Source of the DNA: Callorhinchus milii
Lineage: Eukaryota
Direction: 5' to 3'
Assembly (NCBI RefSeq): GCF_018977255.1
Contig: NW_024705204.1
Coordinates: 1 to 62,655 of the forward strand
Length of the DNA: 62,655 bases
A model generated the notes under the pieces. The model was not told where the DNA came from, searched no databases, and saw nothing but the letters and a program-made list of their open reading frames with translations. Below are positions 12,779-25,115 of the stretch, piece by piece; the stretch's first letter is position 1; every line of letters starts with the position of its first letter. The position numbers and the translations under genes are program-made.

Positions 12779-13260
12779 CTGTAGAGAGATTAGGTCAGCA
12801 TAAAGGTTTACTAGTCTCCCTTTGGCCTCTTGATTGACAACTTTAATAGTTATCGAGAAAATAGTAGGAATGTGTGTGGTGGAGCGACCACCAGCACAGA
12901 CAGCTTGAGGAAAGAGAAGGAAATTGGATCGGATAACATTGCCATCGTGCAGCACAGTCACAGCATGAGAAAAGCAGGGAGATGGGACAAACAACATAGA
13001 CTCAAAGCACGAGCGAGAATCTTTGTCATGGAGCCCACAGTGCAGAATCAGCATATTTGACCTATCGAGCCTATGGTGGTAGTCTATCCTCCGTATGACT
13101 AATATTCTTTCATCTGTACCTGTAACAATAGGAAAGATGGAACCAAGACAGGTTTCGGTGGGTGATGCGAAGTCCTGGAGCCGCTGTCAGAGGCAGACAA
13201 TCGATTGGTAAGTGATTTATTTTGGAAAACATGGATTAATCTGTCAAAGTAGCTTCTCAC

Positions 13261-13374
13261 CTGTTGCAACATTGTTCTCGGTGTTGGAAACAAATGTTTT
13301 TTCATTTGAAGGGAATTTTCCAGGTCGTCGATCACTCACTTGCAAGTTACTGGGAATGGATTGTTTCTTCAAGT
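13261..13374 (-). CDS. Stalk/linker exon, 114 nt, phase 1-1
   Basis: ttttctttccatag acceptor; DLKKQSIPSNLQVSDRRPGKFPSNEKTFVSNTENNVAT; donor GCAACAG|GTGAGAA. Confidence 0.7.
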
Positions 13375-13812
13375 CTATGGAAAGAAAATCTCTATTCACA
13401 CAATTTAATTCCTAAAATCACAAGAGATTTGAATCTTCCACTCATTGCATCTCATTTTTCCACCTTACTTACTCTACTATTTTATCATTAGAGCATCGCG
13501 TGGTTTCTGAAATGAGTCCACTGTCTAAACCAACCAGTCTTCCTGGTACCCTTTTGAGATGTAATTACCTTTTGAGGTTTAAGATATGTCTGGTGTCTGT
13601 TCTGAAAATGTTCTTCACATCCCTGAACTTACTGTCTTGAATGACTTAGCTCCCAGAGATATTTTGAAGGTTGAACAGCCCTAAAATATCCATTCATTCC
13701 TCCTAACTGCACATGACAACAACTCTCTGTAACAAGAGAACTGGGCTAGAAAGTAAAAATAGCTGTTTCTGGGAATTCCGTCCCACAATATATTCATCAT
13801 TCTCAATCTTAC

Positions 13813-14184
13813 CTGTATAGCAAACAAAACTGTATGACTGAAAGCAGTTTTCAGAAAACCACAGGCCTTTGTTGACTGCCACACAAATGAAATTAGATTG
13901 TTGATAAGCATTCTCCTGTTCCTTGTCCATCCAATGTTTGGAACTGAACTGATCTCCATTTGTCCACCTCCACCCGGCAACTGTACGGTTAACATTATGC
14001 AGCCCAATCCACAGAGGTGTATCTCCACCAGAGAGATGAAGAGTGATCTTTTGCTCTTCTGGGCTCCGAACGCTGACAAGATCCGTATAGTGAGTGCGGC
14101 AGTAATCCCAGGCAATGGTCCAGTTTTTCCGTCGGTCAATCCGATGATATTCTCTGTCCGCAGTTTTAATGCTTGGGAAATAAT
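13813..14184 (-). CDS. CTLD cassette exon I, 372 nt (missed as one ORF by the track)
   Basis: tctcttcccag acceptor; DYFPSIKTADREYHRIDRRKNWTIAWDYC...LWIGL...WMDKEQEN...C...GLWFSENC...VCYT; donor G|GTAAGA. Confidence 0.9.
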
Positions 14185-14859
14185 CTGGGAAGAGATCACA
14201 TCAAACAATCAGTTGAAGCTCCTCTGGCTCGGGTACCTCAACAAATCCATTTTGAGATCCTTTTCCTCACCTTCAAATCTTCCTTTCCTAACTATAAAAT
14301 GTCATCCAACCCTACTCTCCTGCACGCACCCAATTCACCATTGACTCTGGGCTACTGTTTTCATTGATTGATTTGATTTCTTTCTTTAGTGATCAGCCAC
14401 CAACCATTTCCTCTGGAACTCGCTTGCAAATTTTTGTTACGTTGCTCTATTTTCAACCCCCCGCCCCACTCCTCCTTCCCCCCACTCCTACCCCCCACAC
14501 CTCAAGTAGGCTGGACCAGTTACCATCTCCCATTTGGGTCAGAAGTTTGTCAGTTGGAACCTGATATTCTAGCTCAGGCGGACAATTCAGTGCAATGCTA
14601 ATAAACGCTTCATTTATCAAAGTTACCGTCCTTCAGATGATTAAACCAGGTCCGACTTTCCTGCACTTCAGTTGTTGGTAAAAATCCTGTGATACTTTTG
14701 GAAAAGAGAGATTTGCCCTTGCCAACAATTCTTCAGGAAATTGGTAATTTCATGTCTACCCGTGGGGACCTTGTTGTGCACAAATCGGCACAAACACAGT
14801 CGTCATTTTAACTGCAGATGATAGAATTACCTGCGAAGAGTTTGGAAAAGCTTTGGTCT

Positions 14860-15510
14860 CATCAGTTTTGTGACCAGGGTTCTCTCAGCCTCCTCGTCCT
14901 CCTTGACCTCTCTGCTGCTTTTGACACCGTAGACCACTCTATTCTCATCCACCGCCTCTCCTCTCATTGCAACCTCCACAGCGCTATTCTTGACTGGTTC
15001 AAATCGTACCTCTCACACGGCCTGCGCTTAATCTCCTCAAACGGCTTCTCCTCTAGCCCCCGGACCGCTTCATGTGGCGTTCCTCAGGGCTCTGTCCTTG
15101 GTCCCCTCTTCTTCAATATCTATCTGCTCACTCTTGGTGGCATCATCCGCAGATATGGAGTCAACTTCCACATGTATGTGGATGGCGCCAAACTCTACAT
15201 TTCTGCCTCAATCTTTGACTCCAGGACCCGCTGCTGTGCTGACAGAATGTCTCTCAGACATCAAGTTCTGGATGAGAGCCAACTTTCTTCAGCTGAACAA
15301 CAAAAAAACGAGGCTCTCCAGATTGACTCCCGTCAGCGCCTCCACCCTCCTCCTTGCTAAGCCAGTCCAGAACCTTGGGGTCTTGTTTGACCCTCAACTA
15401 TCCTTTCTATCCCACATCTGCGCCATGACCCGCTCTGCCTTACCCTACCTCCACAATGTCGCCCGACTACAGTTCAAGCTCCTGGTCCTTACCTTGAAGG
15501 CCCTCCACGG
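14860..15510 (+). mobile_element. Older L2 RT fragment
   Basis: [16 protein letters not shown]...[10 protein letters not shown]...FHMYVDG. Confidence 0.9.
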
Positions 15511-15519
15511 TCTTGCTCC

Positions 15520-18500
15520 AGTCGGGGAGCGGCGGCAGGACAGCGCGGGGAGGAGCCTGGGCCTACTGACCCAGGTACTTAAACTCGACGCCGGAGCGAG
15601 TTCAGCCCCGGGGGCGGGGGAGGGGGAGGTGTGGGAGCGGAGCGGAGGAACTGCTGACGTCATAGATTAGTTTTCAGGGGCGTGCGCGCGCAAAAAAAAA
15701 AAAAAAAAAAAACCTCTGCGCGCCCCCACCCTCCAGGGCTCACATCAGAGCCCACTATGGTCCTGTTGGGTTCGCTGCCCCAATCTACGGGATAATGCCA
15801 TCCACCTGACCGCTCCCGGTCCCCGCGTGCGCACTATGGCTGCCGCTTTGACCCGAGCCCCCTCACCTCCTCCCTCCTGCCCCCCTCCTCTCTCCCCCCA
15901 AACCCTCCCCTCTCTGCATCTCTCCCGCTCTCTCCTCCTCTCTCTCCGTCCCTCTCGTCTTCTATCCCCACTTGACCCTCCCACAACCTCCCTCTGCTCC
16001 AGCCTGGGAATCCTCCGCCGGGCTCACCGTAGCACTCAGCGTTGGCTGTCCAGCAGCAGCCACACCAACTGCCCCATTCCCCACTACACTCGCCAGCCAC
16101 CCCGGACACAGACCCGGGGAGTCAACCTCTCCTCCCTCATCCCCATTCCCCCCACCCCTGCCTCACAACCTGGAGCCCCCTCCCCTCCCACACACCCTTC
16201 TGTCAACCGCTCCCTCCACATCGGACTGCAAAATGTCCGCTCCCTCTGCAACAAGGCCCTGGTCATCAACGATCTCATCCTTGATGAGAACGTTGATATC
16301 ATGGCCTTAACAGAAACCTGGCTCACCCCAGGCGACACCTTCCCCCTCACGGAGGCCACACCACCCGGCTACACCTCCCACCACATCCCCCACCCCAACC
16401 GCCGTGGCGGTGGTGTTACCCTTATCTCAAGGACACCACTTGCCCTATCTCCTTACTCCTCTGGCTCTTTCCCCTCCTTTGAGCACCTCACCCTCTCCCA
16501 CCCCTCATTCCTCTCCCTTAAAATCCTCCTCCTCTACCGGCCCCTAAAACCTCTCCCACCTTCATCTCTGACATTTCAACACTCCTCACATCTCTTTGCC
16601 TCTGCTCTGATCGCCTCATCATCCTGGGCGACTTTAACCTACACTTCACCCCCTCCTGCTCCATCTCCACAGACTTCTCTTCCCTGCTCTCCTCACTCAA
16701 CCTTTCCCTACACATAAACTCCCCCACTCACAGTCACGGCCACCCACTCGATTTGGTGATCACCCGGGGCCTCAGTGTCTCGGATGTCACTATTACCGAC
16801 AAGGCCATCTCTGACCACTACTTCATCTCCTTCACCACCTCCACCCCCCTCCCCACCTCCACCAGACCCACCACCATCTTCTACCGCCCTTGGAAGAAGT
16901 TACCCCCACAATCCCTAACCGATGCCTTGGAGTCCTCTGAACTCCTCTCCCTCTGGCCTTCAACCCTCACCGACCCCTCTTCTCCTCTCTCCCTCCTCCA
17001 CAATACCCTCTCCTCCACACTCGATACTCTTGCCCCCATCACTTCCCGCACTGTCTCCTACTCCCGCTCCTCCCCCTGGTACACCACCCACCTCCGCTCA
17101 CTGAAAAGCCAGGTGCGGGCTGCTGAACGCACCTGTGTCAAATCTGGCCTAACGGTCCACCGACAAATCTGGCTGGACCTCCTCAAAATTTACCGCTCCA
17201 CTCTAGCCTCGGCCAAGTCGTCCTTCTACTCCAGGATAATCCTGGAGGCGAAGAACAACCCCAGGCTACTGTTTTCCACCATAACCCGACTCCTCCGTCC
17301 CCCCCGCCACCCCGCGCAGGTCATCTCCTCCAACCTTCACTGCGAGGAGATGCTGGATTTCCTTGAATCCAAGATCAAGGGAATCCGCTCCGCGGTCACT
17401 TCCCCTCCAACTTCCACCAACCCCCCACCCCCTCACTCCCACACTCCGACTCCTACCCATCCTCCCCTACACACCTTCGTACCCGTTTCCCCACCCTCTG
17501 TCACTGAACTCATCCTATCCCTAAAACCAACCACCTGCTCCCTTGACCCCATCCCCACTCCACTCCTTATCTCCCAGCTCCACTTTCTTGCCCCACATAT
17601 CACTGACATCATCAACCTGTCCCTCTCCTCTGGCTCTGTCCCCATTCCCTTAAAAACTGCCATCATCACGCCCACCCTGAAAAAACCCTCCCTTGATGCG
17701 TCGCAGCTATCAAGCTACCGGCCCATCTCCAACCTCCCCTTTCTCTCCAAGGTCTTGGAAAGAGTTGTCGCCTCCCAACTGCGCTCTTTCCTTTCCACCC
17801 ATTCTCTTTTCGAACCCCTTCAGTCAGGTTTCCGTGCTGCCCATAGCACAGAAACTGCCCTGGTCAAGGTCACCAATGATATCCTGACCATCTGTGACCA
17901 GGGCTCCCTCTGTCTCCTCGTCCTCCTCGACCTATCGGCAGCATTCGATACGGTCGACCACGCTATCCTACTCCACCGCTTGTCCTCCCACCTCAACCTT
18001 CAAGGCACTGTCCTTGAATGGTTTAGGTCGTACCTTTCTCACCGTCTTCACTTTGTCTCGACGAATGGCTTCTCCTCCACCCCCCGTACTGTCTCATGTG
18101 GTGTCCCTCAGGGCTCTGTCCTCGGTCCCCTCCTCTTCACCCTCTATATGCTCCCCCTTGGTGACATCATCCGCAGACATGGAGTTAACTTCCACATGTA
18201 TGCGGATGACACCCAACTCTACCTTTCCTCCTCTACTCTCAACTCCACGACCACCGATGTCCTGACAGCTGCCTGTCCGACATCGAGTCCTGGACGAGAG
18301 ACAACTTTCTTCAGCTCAACGTGCGAAAAACCGAGGCCCTCCTGATTGGCTCACGTCAGCGCCTCCGCACCTCAGGCGCTGACACCATCAGCATCCAAGG
18401 CTGCACTCTCCACCTCTCAAAGCCAGTCAGGAACCTCGGCGTTTTGTTCGACCCTGAGCTGTCCTTTCTCCCTCACATCCGCACCACAACTGGCACCGCC

Positions 18501-19277
18501 TTCCATCACCTCCGGAACATCGCCAGACTACGGCACTACCTCACCCCTCACGCTGCTGAAACCCTGGTCCACGCCTTTGTCACCTCAAGGCTGGACTATG
18601 GGAACTCTCTCCTCGCCGGCCTTCCCGGCACCTCCCTCCACAAGCTGCAGGTCATTCAGAACTCTGCAGCTCGTGTACTGTCCCGCACCAGACACCGCGA
18701 CCACATCACTCCCACCCTCGCTCGCCTCCACTGGCTCCCCATCCCCCAGAGGATTGATTTCAAGATCCTCATCCTCACCTACAAGGCCATTCACGGCCTC
18801 GCTCCCTCCTACCTCTCCAACCTACTATCCCCCTACCTACCTGCCCGTACCCTCCGTTCCTCCGGCTCCGGTCTGCTCCACGTCCCCCGCCCCAATCGCC
18901 CTACCATTGGTGGTCGGGCCTTCAGCCCCGAGGCTCTGGAACTCTATCCCCCAGTGCCTTCGCCGCTTCCTCCCTCTCCTCCTTCAAGGCCGGTCTCAAA
19001 ACCTTCCTCTTTGACTGAGCCTTCAGCTCCCCTCTCGACTCTCTTCCCCCTTCTCGCTCCCTCCCATCCCTCCCCTCACCCTGACCATTTCCCTCCTCCT
19101 CGCTCCCTCCCCTCCCCTCACCTTGACCATTTCCCTCCTCCTCGCTCCCTCCCCTCCCCTCACCTTGACCATTTCCCCCCCCGCTCGGGTCATGACCCAA
19201 CTGTGCAGCGTCTTGGGACGTCCTCCTGACGTGAAAGGCGCTTTATAAATGGAATCTTGTTGTTGTTGTTGTTGTTG
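15520..19277 (+). mobile_element. Near full-length L2-clade LINE (APE endonuclease + reverse transcriptase, frameshifted)
   Basis: GLQNVRSL...MALTETWL...GGGV (endonuclease); [17 protein letters not shown]...[38 protein letters not shown] (RT). GC-rich 5' end, (TTG)n tail at 19256-19277. Frameshifts near 16540, 18270 and 18930. Confidence 0.93.
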
Positions 19278-19545
19278 CTCTCACCTACCTCTCGGTCCTC
19301 TTAACACCCTCCGGCCCGCTTCACGTATTCTGCCTCACTCGCCCCACTATTGGCGGTGGACCTTCCGCCACTCTGCCTCCACCCTCTGGAACTCCATCCC
19401 GCAGGCCCTCCGTCTCGCCCCTCCCTCGCCACCTTCAAGACCCACCTCAAGACTCTCCTCTTTGACCGTGCTCTCGATCTTCCTGCTTCCCCCCCTGCCT
19501 TCCACCCTCGATCACAACACCAAAGATTTCACTCCCTGATCTTAC

Positions 19546-19911
19546 CTTCGTAGCAAGTGAACCAGTGTGTTTGGTTGCAGTAATCACCAAACCACAAACC
19601 ATTGCTCATAGCGACACATGTCCTGGAACCTGGGGATGTATTCATCTTCTTATCTCTCCAATGGGTGTAGTTGAACCTGTCTCCATTTACCCACTTCCAA
19701 CCATCAGCAGTTTGATTAATGTTGTACAGCCCAATCCAGAGAGGATGATCTCCATCAAAGAGCTTAGACATCAGGCTATGCTCTTCTGGGCTCCCAATAC
19801 TAATAAGATCAGTGTGATAATTTTGACAGTAATCTCGGGCTTCACTCCAGTTTTTTCGTCGGTCAACCCGATAATACTCTCTGTCTGCTGGTTTTGAGCT
19901 TCTCGACAGAT
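19546..19911 (-). CDS. CTLD cassette exon H, 366 nt, KMN at the EPN position
   Basis: ctcttttgctag acceptor; KNWSEARDYC...LWIGL...WRDKKMN...C...GLWFGDYC...TCYE; donor G|GTAAGA. Confidence 0.9.
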
Positions 19912-20447
19912 CTAGCAAAAGAGAGATACAGAAAATATTTGCAAGCTCCAACACTCCCAGGGAATCACGTTTAAGTTTCTTGTCCTTAACCCTGTGTCGT
20001 TTTGGTCAGACGGGTGTCTGAAACCGAATCAGAAACCCATTATCGTGCTTAAGATTCTCCAAACCAAGCTGAGAATTCCATGCATCCCATCTTTTCATGG
20101 AACTCCCAGAGATAGATTAATGGGACGCACACACTGTCACTCTTTCCTGGAGGGATGAAAGCTGCTTACCAAATTCCAGATAGTGATAGGCGCAGGTTGG
20201 CAAGGTCCAAGGGCTCGGGTAGTAAATGCTGGAGCCTACTCAGTTCAAGCTGCATCGCTTGCCATGGATGATCCTGTCTGGCAAGCTTACCCACTGTTTA
20301 TCCAGCCACCAGCCCCCTCCCCACCCCCCAACCCCCCGCACCCCCCCACACCTCCCACACCCAAGATTCTTCTGGTTATAGTCTATTGCTTATTTTTATT
20401 TCCACTTTCACTCCCATCCAGCTCGGCATCTTATTCCCAGATCTTAC

Positions 20448-20798
20448 CTTTGTAGCAAGTGAAAAGATAACTTTCATTGCAGTAATCACTGAACCACTGA
20501 CCATTTCTCACAGCGACACAGATCACAGAGTCCAGATAATCATTTGGCTCTTTATCTTTCCACTGCGTATAATTAAACTCGTCCCCACTTATCCATTTCC
20601 ACCCGGTAGTGGACACTTTATTATTGTACAGCCCGAGCCAGAGAGGTTCATCTCCAACAAATAGCTGAGATGTGAGCCTGTGCTCTTCCCAGCTACGAAT
20701 ACTGGTAAGACTTGTGTAATGGGTGCGGCAGTAATCCTGAGCTTCAGTCCAGTTTTTCCTTTGTTCAATCCGGTGATACTGTCTGTCCGTGGCCAGAT
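20448..20798 (-). CDS. CTLD cassette exon G, 351 nt, EPN motif
   Basis: cttttcgccag acceptor; KNWTEAQDYC...LWLGL...WKDKEPNDY...C...GQWFSDYC...TCYK; donor G|GTAAGA. Confidence 0.9.
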
Positions 20799-21994
20799 CT
20801 GGCGAAAAGTTAACAGCAGAAAATAAGGTCAAGGCTCCACTTATTTGTTTCGCCAATCCGATCAACATTGCTTGGCCTTATATTCCAATAACCTTACTGT
20901 TTCTTTTTTCACTACTTATAAAATCTCGTCCATTTTTTTCTCCTGTTCTTACAGCCCTATGCTTATAATTCTGGTCTAGTACCAGATCATCTGTATCTTA
21001 ATCCTGAGCCTTGTTGGGAGGTGCTGCCCAGCCCATCCCCCAGGCTATATCAATCTCCTTGACACATTTATCTTGAATGGAAGCAATTACAACAGCAACA
21101 ACAACTTACATTTATTTAGCACCCTTCACACACAGTAGTGTCCACTAAATAAATTCTTCATTAAACTCTTCAGATAAATTGTGTGCATCTGTATTGTTAG
21201 AAAGCCCCAACTGATTTTTGACTGAATTCAACTTTCTTCTTCTGAAACCTTCACTATTTTAAGACAAAATAACCTACCATTGCTAATTCTTGGGTCACAC
21301 TGGAATGTTCCAACTGCAATTATTAATTGTTTCCTGACTAATATATGATTAGAAACAAGGGGAGTTAAGGAGAATTGTTTTGACACAGCGAGTTGTTTGG
21401 ATCGGGAATGCACTGCCTGAAAGGGTGTTGGAAGCAATTTGGACAACTGTCAAGAGAAAAGTGGATAGATATTTGGGGAGAACAAATTTGCAAGCGTATG
21501 GGAAGAGGGCAGGGGACTGGGAATTATTTGTATAGCTCTTTCAAGAGCTGTCAAGGATACAAGGTGCCGAATGGCCTCCTTCTGTGCTGCATAATTCTAT
21601 GATTCTATGACGAACATTTGTGATTGAGAAAAAATCAGCCAGTTACAACTACTGGCTCACCGATTCTTTCCTGCTCTGCACCTGCACACATAACGTTCTA
21701 CATTTTGCTCATAAACTATGCAGACAAATTCACTTCGCATTATATTCTGTGAAGCGCTTCATGACGTCTCGAAGACGTGATAAGGCGCTATGTCAAATGC
21801 AAGTGTTGCTATTTTGCATGCAGTCCAAATGGCTAGCTTGTGATTATGTTTTGTTGTCAACAATATATTCAAGATCTTTTACTCGAAAGTATCTAAACAG
21901 CCACAGTAATGTCTATGTGTAACTGGGTCCCCATTTTTAATTTTGGAAATACTTATCGTGACTTATTGTGTATCGATATAAAGAGCCGATAGCT

Positions 21995-22745
21995 CAATCT
22001 ACACAACAACAACAACAAGGTTCCATTTATTGAGCGCCTTTCACGTCGGGAGGATGTCCCAAGGCGCTGTACAGTTGGGTCAGGACCCGAGCAGGGGGGG
22101 AAATGGTCAGGGTGAAGGGAGGGAAGGGAGGGAGCGAGGAGGGGGTAGAGAGTCGAGAGGAGAGCTGAAGGCACGGTTGAAGAGAAAGGTCTTGAGACCG
22201 GCCTTGAAGGAGGAAAGGGAGGAAGCGGCGAAGGCACTGGGGAATAGAGTTCCAGAGCCTCGGGGCTGAGATGCTGAAGGCCCGGCAACCGATGGTAGGG
22301 CGATTGGGGCGGGGGATGTGGAGCAGATCGGAGCCAGAGGAACGGAGGGTAGGTAGGGGGATAGTAGGTTGGAGAGGTAGGAGGGAGCAAGGCCGTGAAT
22401 GGCCTTGTAGGTGAGGATGAGGAACTTGAATTCGATCCTCTGGGGGATGGGGAGCCAGTGGAGGGGAGCGAGGGTGAGTGAGGGTGGGAGTGATGTGGTC
22501 CCGAAGCCTGGTGCGGGACAGTACACGAGCTGCAGAGTTCTGAATGACCTACAGTGTGGAGGGAGGTGGCGGGAAGGCCGGCGAGGAGAGAGTTCCCATA
22601 GTCCAGCCTTGAGGTGACAAAGGCGTGGACCAGGGTTTCAGCAGCGTGAGGGGTGAGGTAATGCCGTAGTCTGGCGATGTTCCGGAGGTGATGGAAGGCG
22701 GTGCCAGTTGTGGTGCGGATATGGGGGAGAAAGGACAGCTCAGGG
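21995..22745 (-). mobile_element. L2 3' fragment
   Basis: LHWLPIPQRIEFKFLILTYKAIHGLAPSYL and a (TTG)n tail. Similar L2 3' pieces at about 1-185, 10000-10200, 10590-11210, 25560-26080, 27750-28860, 39400-39790, 40420-41190, 42260-42565, 42730-42930, 52420-52895 and 62100-62310. Confidence 0.9.
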
Positions 22746-22882
22746 TCGAACAGAATAGAGTTCAGCTCTACTCATACTCAATTCAGCTGAGTAGCTCAGT
22801 CGCTTCCTTCTGTTTGGCAATTGGTGTAACTGTGGGAAAAGGCAAGTTTGCCACTCTTCAAAATCGCATGTCCTTGTCTTAC

Positions 22883-23245
22883 CTTTGTAGCAAATGAAAC
22901 GATAAGTTTGATTGCAGTAATTATCAAGCCACAGACCATTGCTCATAGTGACACAAATCACAGAAGACACAGAATCATTTGGCTCTTCTTGCCAATGGGT
23001 GTAATTGAACGTGTCTCCATTTGTCCATTTCCACCCAGCGTTCGACCCATTATTATAGTACAGCCCAATCCAAAGAGGGGTGTCGAGGTCAAGCATCTGA
23101 GATGTGAACCTGTGCTTCTCTGGATTCCGGCTGCTGACAAAATCACTGTGTTGATTGCGGCAGTAATCCCCATCTTCTGTCCAGCTTTTCTGCTTGTTGA
23201 TATGTAGGTATTCTCTGTACCAGGGCTTATCAACTTGAGACACAT
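22883..23245 (-). CDS. CTLD cassette exon F, 363 nt, EPN motif
   Basis: tttaatcag acceptor; KSWTEDGDYC...LWIGL...WQEEPNDS...C...GLWLDNYC...ICYK; donor G|GTAAGA. Confidence 0.9.
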
Positions 23246-23858
23246 CTGATTAAATAAAACGATAATAACATACTGTCAATTCACTGTATTCAAGTATTTT
23301 GTGAGCAAAATGTGGTGGCCAATTGCATACGGCAGTATCCCACAAACAGTCGTGAATTGAGTGACCAAGTTAGCATTAGTTTTTTTAAGAGATTAAAACC
23401 CCCCCATCCCGTAAAGTGATTCGCCAATCGTCGAATGATTGGGTTCTTACTTATGCTCGCCAATCAGAGGCATGTGGAATAAGAAAAGTTTCCCAACATT
23501 TCGCCTTGCCCGGGAACTGAATCCAGGTTTACTCACTTGATAGGTGACTTACCTAACCACTAACCTATCGGACTCCACAAAGACTCAGCAGCCTCTTAGG
23601 AAAATAATTAAATTGAAATTCAGAATAAAGGCCCCCAGTAGCTCAACCAATTGACTCTTCAGATCCTTGTCCTCCACTTCAAGCACATTCTCGTCTGGTC
23701 TCTAGCAAATTATACCCTACACCACTCCTCCTGCCGGGATGTTCTGCCCTTCTTATTTACTTTTCACCTTTATTCTTTCCATCTCATCAATGAAACAAGG
23801 AAGCAAACAACTCATGTAGTTTTAAATTCCTTAAATGCTTGTGATTTCCCGATCTTAC

Positions 23859-24218
23859 CTTTGTAGCAAGTAAACTGGTAAGTTTGATTGCAGTCATTAT
23901 TAAGCCACAGAGCGTTGGTCACAGCAACGCAGGTGCTACCCAGATTATCTGGCTCTGCATGTTTCCAGTCATCATTATTGAAACTGTCTCCATTTATCCA
24001 CTTCCACCCTGCAGTGGAGCTCTTATTATTGTACAGTCCAATCCAGAGAGGCGCACCTCTGCTAAACAGCTTGGAAGTCCTCTTCTGCTCCTCTGGGTTC
24101 CTAAAGCTGGTAAGGTCTGTGTAGAAATTACGGCAGTGATCACGGGCTTCACTCCAGCTTTTCTTTTGGTTAACCCTGTGATATGTTCTGTCTTGTGGCT
24201 TTGTGCTCATAGACGGAT
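23859..24218 (-). CDS. CTLD cassette exon E, 360 nt, EPD motif
   Basis: ctcttgttag acceptor; KSWSEARDHC...LWIGL...WKHAEPDN...C...LWLNNDC...TCYK; donor G|GTAAGA. Confidence 0.9.
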
Positions 24219-24749
24219 CTAACAAGAGATGATCAAATCAGAAAATAGGCTCAAGATTAAATGGTTTCCATTTCTTCCAAGGCACTAGGTTTTGAGGATG
24301 AGGGGAGGAGGAAGGAAGGAATTTCATCTTTTGTTCATATCTTGTTTTGCCTCCATAATATACAGTCACTACACTTCGCAGTACATTCTGTGAAGCGATT
24401 TGAGACATCTCAATGACATGATAAAATGCTATATTAAATGCAAGGATTATTATATTATTAGAGTACAACTGGTTAGCAAATTGAAAATCTTATCAAAGCA
24501 ACAATCAGTACAGTAGATTTTGTCTTTCCTAGACCAAGTATTACGCATGTTTATTGAGCCTCACATATTAATAACACTGAAACTGGAACAGAGAAAATAT
24601 TTGGAGAAAAAGATTTCTCCAGGGTGAGGATAAATAGCAGGAAATTTGGACTAAGAGGCATTGCAGGAGGCTTCATGGCTTGAATCTGTAATTGATGTGA
24701 TTTAAGAAAGGGAAGCACTCATGCTTAGCATATTAATCGCTGATCTTAC

Positions 24750-25115
24750 CTTGGTAGCAAATGAACCAGTATGTTCGTTTGCAGTCATCATTAAACCACA
24801 CGCCACTCTTCATCGCGACACAGACCTCAGAACCGAGATGTGCATTCAGCTCATTATCTTTCCAGTGTGCGTAACTGAACTCGTCTTCGTTTATCCACTT
24901 CCACCCAGCAGTAGTGTGGTTACTGTTGTAAAGGCCAATCCAGAGAGGTTTGTCTCCATCGAACATCTTAGATATAATCTTCTGCTCCTCAGCGCTCCGA
25001 ACACTGATAAGATCCATGTAATGATTGCGGCAGTAATCCCGCGCTTCAGTCCAGTTTTTGCGTTGATCTATCCAGTAATAATCTCTGTGCGCTGGTTTTG
25101 TGGTTGTGGACAGAG
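24750..25115 (-). CDS. CTLD cassette exon D, 366 nt, ELN motif
   Basis: ctcaccag acceptor; KNWTEARDYC...LWIGL...WKDNELN...C...GVWFNDDC...ICYQ; donor G|GTAAGA. Confidence 0.9.

Noticed and set aside
12752-13121. Open frame and acceptor-like sites between the 13.3 kb linker and cassette J
   Set aside because: No matching donor and no recognisable domain; treated as intron.
14520-14690. Two tiny candidate exons ending G|GTAACT upstream of cassette I
   Set aside because: Weak acceptors and inconsistent phase; needs RNA evidence.
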